This document shows, one piece after another, positions 36,159 through 45,317 of a stretch of 64,000 nt of DNA; the first letter of the stretch is position 1; every line of letters begins with the position of its first letter. The notes beneath the pieces were generated by a model, which was not told where the DNA came from, ran no database searches, and worked only from the letters and a program-made list of their open reading frames with translations. A program made the translations under genes and the position numbers. Source of the DNA: Clostridia bacterium (GTDB lineage Bacteria; Bacillota; Clostridia; Christensenellales; CAG-138); NCBI GenBank assembly GCA_017614315.1, contig JAGACA010000009.1, positions 99,290 through 163,289 on the forward strand. Direction: 5' to 3'.

Positions 36159-36195
36159 GCAACAGCCGCTCCTTACGGAGCGGCTGTTGCTTTTT
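36159..36195 (+). terminator. strong plus-strand intrinsic terminator in the 35.8-36.2 kb spacer
   Basis: GCAACAGCCGCTCC-TTAC-GGAGCGGCTGTTGC followed by TTTTT. The U-tract is present only in the plus orientation. Confidence 0.8.
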
Positions 36196-36197
36196 AC

Positions 36198-37481
36198 TCA
36201 TATCTCTCTGACTTTTTTGTTGAAGAGCATGAACAGGCTCGCGGCTGTGATGCCGATCGAGCAGAATATCAATAGCGCGATCGAGCCGATGCCCTGGATT
36301 ATCGCGCCGGCGAGCACCGATGCGATCGGGACAAGTCCCTGGCAGGCGACGCTGATTATTGACGAGACCTTGCTGAGCATATCCTTGTCGACGATACGCA
36401 TTATCGCGGTGTTGATGGGGATATTCACCCACACGAGTATGAAGCCGACAAGCAGCGCGCCGACCGAAAGCGTGATGAGGAATGCGTCGAGCGAGACGCC
36501 CATATGCACGAATACCCAGTATGCGGCGGACATCGCGACCAGTACCGCCGCCTCGGCGCAGATCCTGCGGGCGACCTTGGCTCCGCATTTTTCCTCCTGC
36601 GGCCTGGCGCTGAGTATGGCGGCTCCCGCGAGCGAGCTTGCGCCGATCAGCACCTCAAGCACCGACATCCACAGTTCGGGGGTAATCAAGCCGTCGAACA
36701 GATATCTTTTCGCCGTGCCGAGGTCGGCCTTTATGAAATAGGGGACGAAGTTCGAAAAGACCGGCGTGAAGAAGAAATTCAGGAACAGGACGGCGATCAT
36801 CAGCGCGGTGATCGCCTGCTGCGTCTTCAGATACTTTATGCCGTCCTTCATGTCCGAAAGAGCGGTCTTTATCGTGAGCCTCGTTTTGGGACGGACATGC
36901 TCGTACCTTATGAACATCTCGGACACGCCGGAGGCGACGTAGCACGCGCCGACGATGAAAAACAGAGTGGTGACGGGCATCATCGAATAGAGCACTCCCG
37001 CGAGCACGACGCCGAATATGCTCTGCAGCGACGACCTTATGGTATTGTAGGAATTGGCCTGCTGGAGCTTATCCTCGGGGAGTATATGCGGAAGTATCGC
37101 TCCCGCCGCCGGGGAGAAAATGCCGCCGACCGCGCTTCCCAAAACGCCTATCCCGAACAGTATCGCGATATGCGCCGCGGAGGTTTTGAAAAGGAGCATC
37201 AGCACGGTGGCGAGGAGTATTCCCCCGCCGCGGACATAGTCGCATACGAACATGATGCCGCCCTTGTTGAAGCGGTCGCCCAACACGCCGCCGACGGGCG
37301 TCATTATGAGAGTCACCGCGCCGCACACGGCGAGGTAAAGTCCCTGCAGGAACGCGTTGTTCCCGCTGATCTCAAGTATGTAGAAGCTGACCGCGAAGCT
37401 GTAAAGCAGCGCGCCCATCTCGGAGACGAGCGCTCCGAGGAACACAAGACGGTAGTTTCGGCTTTGGAATACGTTTTTCAT
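36198..37481 (-). CDS. MFS transporter
   Basis: 12-TM protein with an MFS-type loop motif (GGVLGDRFNKGG) between TM2 and TM3. Confidence 0.85.
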   Translation of the reverse strand: MKNVFQSRNYRLVFLGALVSEMGALLYSFAVSFYILEISGNNAFLQGLYLAVCGAVTLIMTPVGGVLGDRFNKGGIMFVCDYVRGGGILLATVLMLLFKTSAAHIAILFGIGVLGSAVGGIFSPAAGAILPHILPEDKLQQANSYNTIRSSLQSIFGVVLAGVLYSMMPVTTLFFIVGACYVASGVSEMFIRYEHVRPKTRLTIKTALSDMKDGIKYLKTQQAITALMIAVLFLNFFFTPVFSNFVPYFIKADLGTAKRYLFDGLITPELWMSVLEVLIGASSLAGAAILSARPQEEKCGAKVARRICAEAAVLVAMSAAYWVFVHMGVSLDAFLITLSVGALLVGFILVWVNIPINTAIMRIVDKDMLSKVSSIISVACQGLVPIASVLAGAIIQGIGSIALLIFCSIGITAASLFMLFNKKVREI

Positions 37482-37705
37482 ACGAGCGGATCCTTTTCGG
37501 TTTTCTCACGCCCATCATACTTCCCGGAAAACGCCCGGTCAAGCAATTCCGGTTTGCAGTATGTATCATCCTGTTTGCATATCGTGGGTTTCTCTGTGAA
37601 CCTTTGGTTGCGGGAGGAAAACCGCGGCCGTTTCCTGTCATGTAAATGATAACACGCTCCGGCGGCCGGCGCAATGCTCCGCCGCCGAAAACCGCTTAAT
37701 CCCGC

Positions 37706-37734
37706 TTGATTTTAAGGCGGTTTCGTGGTATGCT
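37706..37734 (+). promoter_or_regulatory. sigma-A promoter (TTGATT-17-TGgTATGCT) for the dockerin surface-protein gene
   Basis: Hexamers at 37706-37711 and 37729-37734. Confidence 0.5.
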
Positions 37735-37766
37735 CATATCTATAAAAAACCCGTGAGGTCATTCAT

Positions 37767-40037
37767 ATGAAAAAAGTTCTCAGCATAATACTTTCCGCTC
37801 TTCTTTTATTCGCGCTGCTTCCCGCAGGCGCGTTCGCCGAAGGCCCGGTCGAGATCGGGAGCTATTCCGAGCTCAAAGCCTTCGCCGATCGCGTAAACGG
37901 CGGCGAAACGGCTCTCAGCGCAAAGCTTACGCAGGATATCGTATGCGAAAACGATGACGGTACGCAGGCCTATGACTGGCCTACGATCGGCAACGAATCA
38001 AACCCCTATTCGGGAACCTTCGACGGCTGCGGGCATACGATTGACGGACTTAGTAACTACTTCGCACAGCAAAATTCCGCAGGTCTGTTCGGCTGCGTCG
38101 GCACGAGCGGCGCTGTTAAGAACGTGGCCGTGACCAAAGGTGATATCGATGGCTACGGTGCTATCGGCGGCATCGTCGGAATAAACCACGGAACCGTGCA
38201 GAGCTGCTGTTATTCCGGCTATGTCGTAGGAGGCTACAGGCTTTATAACGGCGGCATCGTCGGAAAGAATTACGGTACTGTGGAATGCTGCCTTTTCGTC
38301 GGGCAGTCCCAAGGCGGCGTTGAGGGATATACGGGCGGCATCGTCGGAAATAATTACGGTACTGTGGAATGCTGCCTTTTCGTCGGACAGTCCCAAGGCG
38401 GCGTTGATGGATATACGGGCGGCATCGTCGCGCTCAATGAAAACGGCGTCGTAAAAAACTGTCTTAACGCGGGCTATACCCAAGGCGGAGTCCGCTCAAT
38501 CACCGGCGGAATCGCCGGATTCAACGACAAGGGCACGGTGCAGTACTGTCTTAACGTCGGCAAGTTGCTCGAGTCAACCGACGCTACGTCCGGCTTCGTC
38601 GTCGGGATCAACAGCTCCGAGGCCGGCACGGTACTTGACAGCTGTTATTATCTCCGCACGTCCTGTTACGGTATCTTTCCGTCTTGCGGCGCGGTCGGGA
38701 TCGGTCCTTCCCCCGATTCCGTTAAGATGGTCTCGAGTACCGATCTTGCGAGCCTTTCGAACCTTACCGGCCTCTCAACGAACTGGTGGACCGACGGTCA
38801 CGGCTTCCCGCTTCTGAAATGCTTCGACTACCTCTTTTATGAGGCTAACGGTGGATCGGGAACGGTCAATTTCACAGTCGGTCTCGACGGGGCGGTCATG
38901 AAGACCGCGGAATACTATTACACAAACGGCGATAAAATTTTCTACGGCTGGAACACGAAGGCCGACGGCTCCGGGACAAATTACGCCGAGAAAGCCGAAC
39001 TCAATCTCGCCGACGGCGAGGTGTTCCTCGTGCTCTACGCGAACTGGAAGAACCCGATCGTCAATATCGAATTCGTCAACGACGACGGCACGGTGCTGCA
39101 GAGCTCCCAGATCGCTTTCGGCGAAACTCCCGTTTATACCGGCGAGACGCCCACCAAGCCGGCCACTGTGCAGCACACCTACACCTTCGCGGGCTGGACG
39201 CCCGAGATCGAGCCGGCCGTAGACGATGTGACCTACACGGCGACCTACACGAGCACGGTAAACAAGTACACGGTCAAATTCGTGAATGAGGACGGTACGG
39301 TACTGCAGAGCGGGCTCGTCGAATACGGCGAGACTCCCGCCTATACGGGCGAAACGCCGACCAAGCCCTCTACCGCGCAGTACACCTACACCTTCGCGGG
39401 CTGGACGCCCGACATCACCGCAGTCACCGGCGACGCGACCTATACCGCCACTTACACGAGCACGGTTAACAAGTACACTATCAAATTCGTGAATGAGGAC
39501 GGTACGGTGCTCCAGAGCGGCCTCGTCGAATACGGCGAAACTCCCGCCTATACGGGCGAAACGCCGACCAAGCCCTCTACCGCGCAGTACACTTATTCCT
39601 TCGCGGGCTGGACGCCCGAGATCGCCGCGGTGACGGGCGACGCGACCTATACCGCGGTCTACACGAGCACGGTAAACACCTATACGGTAACGTTCGTCGA
39701 CGGGTTAACGAACGAGGTGATCGCCGAGGTCACGGTCGAGTACGGCGCAGGCGCCGAGGCGCCGGAAGCGCCCGTGCATGTCTGCTATCTCTTTGAAGGA
39801 TGGGAAGGCGAATACGCCTGTGTGACCGGCGACGTTACGGTCACCGCCATCTACACGCTGCTCGGAGATATCGACGGCGACGGGGAGACGAGCGCGGCGG
39901 ACGCCGTTCTGATCATGAGGTATTCCATCGAGATCCTCGACGAGATCGACGTACAGATGGCCGACGTGAACGGAGACGGGAAGGTCGACCTTGTGGACGC
40001 CCTGATCGTATTGAGGCACGCAATGGGGATCATCTGA
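37767..40037 (+). CDS. secreted surface protein: GLUG-motif region, Listeria-Bacteroides (InlB B-type) repeats, C-terminal dockerin
   Basis: Signal peptide MKKVLSIILSALLLFALLPAGAFA. Repeated GGIVG.N.GTV..C (GLUG) units. Four roughly 69-aa units of the form Y.V.F....G......V.YG....Y.G..P.K......Y.F.GW.P. Dockerin segments DIDGDGETSAADAVLIMR / DVNGDGKVDLVDALIVLR. Confidence 0.8.
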   Translation: MKKVLSIILSALLLFALLPAGAFAEGPVEIGSYSELKAFADRVNGGETALSAKLTQDIVCENDDGTQAYDWPTIGNESNPYSGTFDGCGHTIDGLSNYFAQQNSAGLFGCVGTSGAVKNVAVTKGDIDGYGAIGGIVGINHGTVQSCCYSGYVVGGYRLYNGGIVGKNYGTVECCLFVGQSQGGVEGYTGGIVGNNYGTVECCLFVGQSQGGVDGYTGGIVALNENGVVKNCLNAGYTQGGVRSITGGIAGFNDKGTVQYCLNVGKLLESTDATSGFVVGINSSEAGTVLDSCYYLRTSCYGIFPSCGAVGIGPSPDSVKMVSSTDLASLSNLTGLSTNWWTDGHGFPLLKCFDYLFYEANGGSGTVNFTVGLDGAVMKTAEYYYTNGDKIFYGWNTKADGSGTNYAEKAELNLADGEVFLVLYANWKNPIVNIEFVNDDGTVLQSSQIAFGETPVYTGETPTKPATVQHTYTFAGWTPEIEPAVDDVTYTATYTSTVNKYTVKFVNEDGTVLQSGLVEYGETPAYTGETPTKPSTAQYTYTFAGWTPDITAVTGDATYTATYTSTVNKYTIKFVNEDGTVLQSGLVEYGETPAYTGETPTKPSTAQYTYSFAGWTPEIAAVTGDATYTAVYTSTVNTYTVTFVDGLTNEVIAEVTVEYGAGAEAPEAPVHVCYLFEGWEGEYACVTGDVTVTAIYTLLGDIDGDGETSAADAVLIMRYSIEILDEIDVQMADVNGDGKVDLVDALIVLRHAMGII
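38250..38417 (+). repeat. two near-identical tandem 84-bp units inside the surface-protein gene (GLUG units)
   Basis: Units 38250-38333 and 38334-38417 differ at only a few positions. Confidence 0.85.
39054..39674 (+). repeat. three tandem 207-bp units (69-aa B-type repeats); units 2 and 3 are about 90% identical in DNA
   Basis: Unit starts at 39054, 39261 and 39468. A fourth, degenerate unit follows. Confidence 0.85.
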
Positions 40038-40077
40038 CGAGGCGGCGAACGAAAAAGCACTGTCGGCATGACAAATA

Positions 40078-40104
40078 CAGCGGCTGTTTTCACAGCCGCT
40101 TTTT
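40078..40104 (+). terminator. intrinsic terminator of the dockerin surface-protein gene
   Basis: AGCGGCTGT-TTTC-ACAGCCGCT followed by TTTTA. Confidence 0.75.
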
Positions 40105-40141
40105 ATCTCCCCGCCGAGGGAGCCGATTTATTACGCCGCGC

Positions 40142-40170
40142 TTGTATTTTCGGCGCGGGTATGGTAAAAT
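40142..40170 (+). promoter_or_regulatory. sigma-A promoter (TTGTAT-17-TGgTAAAAT) for the tandem MacB-like ABC genes
   Basis: Hexamers at 40142-40147 and 40165-40170. It lies downstream of the terminator at 40078-40104. Confidence 0.5.
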
Positions 40171-40205
40171 AATTCTGTTACGGATCCTTTATTCAAGGAG
40201 GCAGT

Positions 40206-42785
40206 ATGACAGCTCTTCAACTCAAGAACATATCGAAGTATTACGCGTCGCAGACCGCCGTCGTGATGGGTCTTTCGAACGTCAGCCTCTCGTTCTCGAC
40301 GGGCGAGTTCGTCGCGATCACGGGCGAGAACGGAAGCGGCAAATCGACCCTCGCGAACGTCATAGGCGGCATGCTGCCCTATGAGGGCGGCGAGCTTTAC
40401 GTGATGGGACAGCCCACCTCGCATTACAACGCGGCGGACTGGGAGCGTTACCGCAGGGATATGATCGGCTTCATATCGCAGGATTACGGCATACTCCCGG
40501 GCAACACGGTGTTCGAGAATGTCGAGAGCGCGCTTGTCCTTTCCGGCTGCGAAAGGTCGCTTGCGAAAGAAAAGACGCGTGACATACTTAAAAAGGTCGA
40601 GCTTTCCGATTACTCGAGGCGGCGCGCCTCGAAGCTTTCGAGCGGACAGAAGCAGCGTCTCGCCATCGCAAGGGCGCTCGCAAAGCCGTCCAAGATACTC
40701 ATTGCGGACGAGCCCACGGGCAACCTCGACAGGGAAAACAGCGACAAGGTCATCCGCCTTCTTAAGGAGGCGTCCCGGGACAGGCTGGTCATACTGATCA
40801 CCCACGAATTCAGCGAGGCTAAGGATCTCGTCACGAGGCACGTAGTGCTTTCGGAGGGCAAGGTCGTTCAGGATACCGAGGTCGCCGAGCCGAGCGCCGC
40901 TCCCGAAGAGGAGGAGCGCCCGAAGAAGGCCGCGAAGCGCGATCAGGGCAAAAATCTCGCCCCTTACATCGCAAGGCTGACCGCGAAGGCGCGCCCCGTG
41001 TTCTTCTTTCTGACGGCGATGATACTATTGATCACCTGCGTCGCGTCGTTCATATTCGTCGGCAATTTCATAGTCGCGACGGACGACGTCCCCTCGAGGG
41101 TGTACGACAACAAGGCGTTCAGAAACGGCGATCCGACGAGGCTCGTTATCGCAAAGGACGTTACCGACTCCTTCACCGACGAGGAGATCGCGCTTATCCG
41201 TCAGCAGAAATACATAAGCTCCGTTGAAAAATACGGCTATATCGCGGACGTGAATTATTACTACCGCGAGGATATCCATTACCGCAAATACTCCAGCGCA
41301 GAATATGAGGAAGGCTACGATCCGATCTTTAATCCCGACGCTTTTTCCTATACCGTAAAGATCGAGTTCCTCGGGAACGATCCCAAATACATGTCGAGCG
41401 TTTCCCGCGCGGGCGAGCTGACGGCCGGCAGGATGGCCGAGGACTTCTATGAGGTGCTCTCGTCCGATCCCGATTACACGACCGGAATGAAGGTCAGGGT
41501 GTTTGTGAGAAACAGGATGCACTGGGGCATTTCGCAGTACATCGGCCTCGACTTCACCGTCGTGGGCGAAACGACCGGCGAGCGGGGGCTCTACTTTTCC
41601 GAAAGCCTCTGCAAGATGCTGAACAATTCTGTGCTCGCCGCGATCTACAACCAGGGCGGCACGTTCTTCTCGGGCGGAGACCTCGGAAGATACCCGATCG
41701 TCCCCTACGACTATGCCCAGTTCAAGGACGCCATCGTACCGGTCTACCCGGAGGGAGGTTCCGGCTCGGGCGATGACAACGGCGGTATGGACGACGATGT
41801 GCACTGGCGCCCGCCCGAAAGAACGCCTGCTCCCAGACCGACCCCCACGCCGGAAGCGACCGAGATGCCGACGGAGGATCCCGACGCGACCGCGGCTCCC
41901 ACCGAGGAGCCCACCGAGGAGCCGACTGCCGAGCCGACCGCCGAGCCCGCTCCGGCCGCGACCCCCGTCATACCTGAGACGCTCGCCGAGAACGAGTTCG
42001 TGTATCCCGCCGACCCGTACGGAAAGAATCTGAAGCTCGGATCCAAGTTCGTGCTCAGCATAGGCGATTTCTACGCGCGCAGCTGGGACTATGACGGCGA
42101 AAGCGAAGGGGTTGTCATCTCCAGGGATTACGAGCTTTACTGCGCGGGCATATATAACAGCAGCCTGCCCCGCATGGTGCTCGTAAACCCCGAAATGTAC
42201 AAAAAGATGACGGACGGTCTGCATTCGAACCAGGCGACCGTTTACATCACCGACTACGCGTACACCCAGCGCGCGATAGACGAGCTCGCCTCGATGGGCT
42301 ACGTCGTGCTGTCCCCCTTCACGCAGGGCTCCACGGTAAAGGACGCCGACCTCGAAGCCGAGAGGATCAACCTTTTGAGGATAACCCTTGCGGCCTCCGT
42401 GCTCACGCTCGTTCTGCAGCTCATACTCCTTAAGGTCACGTTCTCGTCCCTGAAGGATCATTACAAGCTGCTCCTCAATATGGGACTTCGCGCGAAGACG
42501 GCGTATTCGTCGCTCGCTCTCCTGTTCCTGTTCCTTACGCTCGTCGCCGAAGCCCTTGCCGCGGCGGTGATACTGATACTTAACCATTACGGCTACGCGA
42601 GGGTCGTGAACATATTCAAGTATCTCGAGACGCCGAGCCTTATACTGATATTCGCGATACACCTCGTGTTCTGCGTGATCGCGTACTTCATAGTCGCGCG
42701 GTCGCTCAAAAAGCAGGTGTTCTCCATCAGCGGCTTCTATGAAGACATTGACGGCGAGCTTATGGAGGAGGTGATGGGCGAATGA
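40206..42785 (+). CDS. fused ABC ATPase - FtsX-family permease (MacB architecture) with about 400-aa extracytoplasmic domain containing a P/T/E-rich linker
   Basis: NBD: GENGSGKST, LSSGQKQR, ILIADEPTGNLD, ILITHE. TM1 is FFFLTAMILLITCVASFIFVGNF. The large loop contains PAPRPTPTPEATEMPTEDPDATAAPTEEPTEEPTAEPTAEPAPAATP. The C-terminus is a three-TM FtsX-like bundle. Confidence 0.8.
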   Translation: MTALQLKNISKYYASQTAVVMGLSNVSLSFSTGEFVAITGENGSGKSTLANVIGGMLPYEGGELYVMGQPTSHYNAADWERYRRDMIGFISQDYGILPGNTVFENVESALVLSGCERSLAKEKTRDILKKVELSDYSRRRASKLSSGQKQRLAIARALAKPSKILIADEPTGNLDRENSDKVIRLLKEASRDRLVILITHEFSEAKDLVTRHVVLSEGKVVQDTEVAEPSAAPEEEERPKKAAKRDQGKNLAPYIARLTAKARPVFFFLTAMILLITCVASFIFVGNFIVATDDVPSRVYDNKAFRNGDPTRLVIAKDVTDSFTDEEIALIRQQKYISSVEKYGYIADVNYYYREDIHYRKYSSAEYEEGYDPIFNPDAFSYTVKIEFLGNDPKYMSSVSRAGELTAGRMAEDFYEVLSSDPDYTTGMKVRVFVRNRMHWGISQYIGLDFTVVGETTGERGLYFSESLCKMLNNSVLAAIYNQGGTFFSGGDLGRYPIVPYDYAQFKDAIVPVYPEGGSGSGDDNGGMDDDVHWRPPERTPAPRPTPTPEATEMPTEDPDATAAPTEEPTEEPTAEPTAEPAPAATPVIPETLAENEFVYPADPYGKNLKLGSKFVLSIGDFYARSWDYDGESEGVVISRDYELYCAGIYNSSLPRMVLVNPEMYKKMTDGLHSNQATVYITDYAYTQRAIDELASMGYVVLSPFTQGSTVKDADLEAERINLLRITLAASVLTLVLQLILLKVTFSSLKDHYKLLLNMGLRAKTAYSSLALLFLFLTLVAEALAAAVILILNHYGYARVVNIFKYLETPSLILIFAIHLVFCVIAYFIVARSLKKQVFSISGFYEDIDGELMEEVMGE

Positions 42786-45262
42786 TCTCGGTAAAGAACC
42801 TTAAAAAGACTTACAGCCCCGGCACCCGTGCGGCGGAGGAGGTCCTCCACGGCGTAAGCTTCGACCTGCCCGAGACCGGCTTCGTGTGCATACTCGGACG
42901 CTCCGGCAGCGGCAAGACCAGCCTGCTCAACGCCATAGGCGGGCTTGACGTGTTCAGCGCGGGCACGGTCGAGATCGACGGCGCGCGCATTTCCCGCGGG
43001 AATACCGCCGAGATGGAAAGACAAAGGAACGCGAATTTCGGCTATGTTTTCCAGAACTATTATCTGCTTCCCGAGCATTCCGCCGCGTATAACGTGTACC
43101 TCGGGCTCCACTCCCTCGACCTCGGCGAGAGGGAGAAATTAAAGAGGGTCGAGGACGCGCTCCGCAAGGTCGACATGCTCCGTTTCCGTAAGCGCCTCGT
43201 CGGCGAGCTTTCCGGCGGTCAGCAGCAGCGCATCGCGATCGCGAGGGCGATAGCGAAGGCTCCGAAGGTGATATTCGCGGACGAGCCTACCGGCAACCTC
43301 GACGAGGAGAGCACGCTCAATATCTGCTCGCTCCTCAAAAGGCTCTCGAAGACCGGCCTCGTCGTGATGGTCACGCATGAGGAAAGGCTTGCGAATTTCT
43401 ACGCCGACAGGATAATCAGGATCGACGACGGCAAGATCGCGAGCGACAGCACCGAATGGGAGCGCAGCGAGATAATCGCGGCCGACAAGAACACCGTCTA
43501 TTCCGAGGATTACAGGGACGAGGCGTTCTCCTCCGACAGTCTGAACATAAGGGTGCTTTCGGCGGAAGGCGCCGAGCCCGCGGCGATAACGCTCATCGTC
43601 GAGGAAGGCAGGCTGATCATAAAGTCCGACGACAAGAGGCTCATAATGCACTCCAAGCCGTCCGATCCGCCCTACGTCAGGGAGGGCAGCCGCCCGAAGG
43701 TCGACCTTTCGCAGATCGACAAGGCGCTCCTCGACGAGGCCGAGACCGCGCGTCCGCCCATGAAGCCCAGGAGCCGCTCCGGGCTGGGCTTTAAGACGCT
43801 CGTTTCCGAGATGCGCACCACCGCGTCGAAGAAGCGGCTCCGCAACGCCGCGACTGCGCTGTTCATAATACTGCTTTCCGCAATGCTCCTGTTCTCGGCT
43901 TCCGACGTCAATTCCGTCGTCAGGATAGATCCCGAGGAGTTCATCACCGCAGATTCGCATGTGGTCGAGCTCCAGTTCAACAAGGGTCAGACCTACGACG
44001 ACAAGACCGCCTGGTCTATCAGCGAATACATCCCCGGCTTCCTCGACAAGCTCGAGGCAAAGGGGCTCGATTACGATTATGTGCCCGACACCAACTTAAG
44101 GTTCATGTTCTACTGCGACATACTCCCGCAGTACGGCACGCTGAAAATGAGCCTCGGGAAATACAACATGGTCGACATAAAGAGGCTCGATCCCTCGTCC
44201 CTCGTTTACGGCCGTATGCCCGAGCGCTATGACGAGATAGTCGTCGACAGATGGGTCATCAAGAACTGCACCGACAAGGACGGCATTGTCCAGAACCTGA
44301 TACCCGACAGCGAGTATATGGTGGGCAAGATGGTTTTTATGGACAAAAAGGATTATTACCCCACGATCGTCGGTATCTGCGACAGCGGCGAGCCGAGCAT
44401 ATACATGACGAAGGCGGGCATGCTCTCGGCGGGTATACACGGCATACACGTAATGCCGTATTCCGAATTCACGGCAGTCACGGGGCTTACGGATCTCGCC
44501 CCGCTCGAGGATGGCGAATGCATGCTGGTCGAGGAGAACTGCGGCAGGTATTACCTGAGCCAGATCGGATCGTCGCTCCGCATGACCAACGGTATAGAGC
44601 TGTATTTCAGGGAGGCCGTCGGCGGCGTGGGTTATGGCTCGCACCGCATACTCGCGCAGATCGTCGTTTCCGACGAATATGTCGAAAAGCTCTACCGGTA
44701 CATGATCGAAACGATCACGCATTTCGACATATGGTGCGCCGACAAGGCCGCGGTCAAGAAGGCGCTTAACGAGACCCTGGCCGACGGTTACGAGGGCACG
44801 ATGCTCCTTGACGTCAACGACACCTACAATGTCGAATACACCTCGTTCATGACCGCGCGCACGACGAGGATACAGACGAGGATCATAATTTTCGCAGCGA
44901 TAGGGCTCGTCTGCCTCGTGATGCTCTACGTGATACAGCGCTTCCGCGTAAGGGACCGCATAGGCATGATAGCGGTCAACCGCATGCTCGGCATACCGGG
45001 ACGCGACTCAATGGGCGTGTTCATATTCGAGAACATACTGCTGGCGCTCAAATATTCCGTACCCACCGTGTTCCTCGCGTGGGGCGTGGTTACGCTCCTG
45101 CCAATACTCGAGGTCGGCGGGCTGAACATCAGCATACCGCTGTGGGTGCCCTTCGCCACGGTCGCGGCGATAGTCATCGCCGAGGTCGTCGTCGCGATGC
45201 TCGCGGTGCTCCGCCTGCTTAAGCTGCCGCCCGCGAAGCTCGCAGCGAAATACGATTTCTGA
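42782..45262 (+). CDS. fused ABC ATPase - FtsX-family permease (MacB architecture), second paralogue
   Basis: The start overlaps the upstream stop (ATGA). NBD: GRSGSGKTS, LSGGQQQR, VIFADEPTGNLD, VMVTHE. About 120-aa cytoplasmic linker, TM1 ATALFIILLSAMLLFSA, about 300-aa external domain, C-terminal FtsX-like TM bundle. Confidence 0.8.
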   Translation: MISVKNLKKTYSPGTRAAEEVLHGVSFDLPETGFVCILGRSGSGKTSLLNAIGGLDVFSAGTVEIDGARISRGNTAEMERQRNANFGYVFQNYYLLPEHSAAYNVYLGLHSLDLGEREKLKRVEDALRKVDMLRFRKRLVGELSGGQQQRIAIARAIAKAPKVIFADEPTGNLDEESTLNICSLLKRLSKTGLVVMVTHEERLANFYADRIIRIDDGKIASDSTEWERSEIIAADKNTVYSEDYRDEAFSSDSLNIRVLSAEGAEPAAITLIVEEGRLIIKSDDKRLIMHSKPSDPPYVREGSRPKVDLSQIDKALLDEAETARPPMKPRSRSGLGFKTLVSEMRTTASKKRLRNAATALFIILLSAMLLFSASDVNSVVRIDPEEFITADSHVVELQFNKGQTYDDKTAWSISEYIPGFLDKLEAKGLDYDYVPDTNLRFMFYCDILPQYGTLKMSLGKYNMVDIKRLDPSSLVYGRMPERYDEIVVDRWVIKNCTDKDGIVQNLIPDSEYMVGKMVFMDKKDYYPTIVGICDSGEPSIYMTKAGMLSAGIHGIHVMPYSEFTAVTGLTDLAPLEDGECMLVEENCGRYYLSQIGSSLRMTNGIELYFREAVGGVGYGSHRILAQIVVSDEYVEKLYRYMIETITHFDIWCADKAAVKKALNETLADGYEGTMLLDVNDTYNVEYTSFMTARTTRIQTRIIIFAAIGLVCLVMLYVIQRFRVRDRIGMIAVNRMLGIPGRDSMGVFIFENILLALKYSVPTVFLAWGVVTLLPILEVGGLNISIPLWVPFATVAAIVIAEVVVAMLAVLRLLKLPPAKLAAKYDF

Positions 45263-45277
45263 TAAGCAAACATAAAG

Positions 45278-45310
45278 GATCGCCGCTCCCGACGGGAGCG
45301 GCGATCTTAT
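45278..45310. terminator. hairpin between convergent genes (ABC pair and the 84-aa ORF)
   Basis: GATCGCCGCTCCC-GAC-GGGAGCGGCGATC. Confidence 0.65.
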
Positions 45311-45317
45311 ATCGCGG

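Noticed and set aside
38250-39900. Repeats in the surface-protein gene as possible diversity-generating retroelement template/variable repeats.
   Set aside because: There is no reverse transcriptase or accessory gene nearby. The differences between copies are not adenine-specific. They are ordinary tandem domain duplications.
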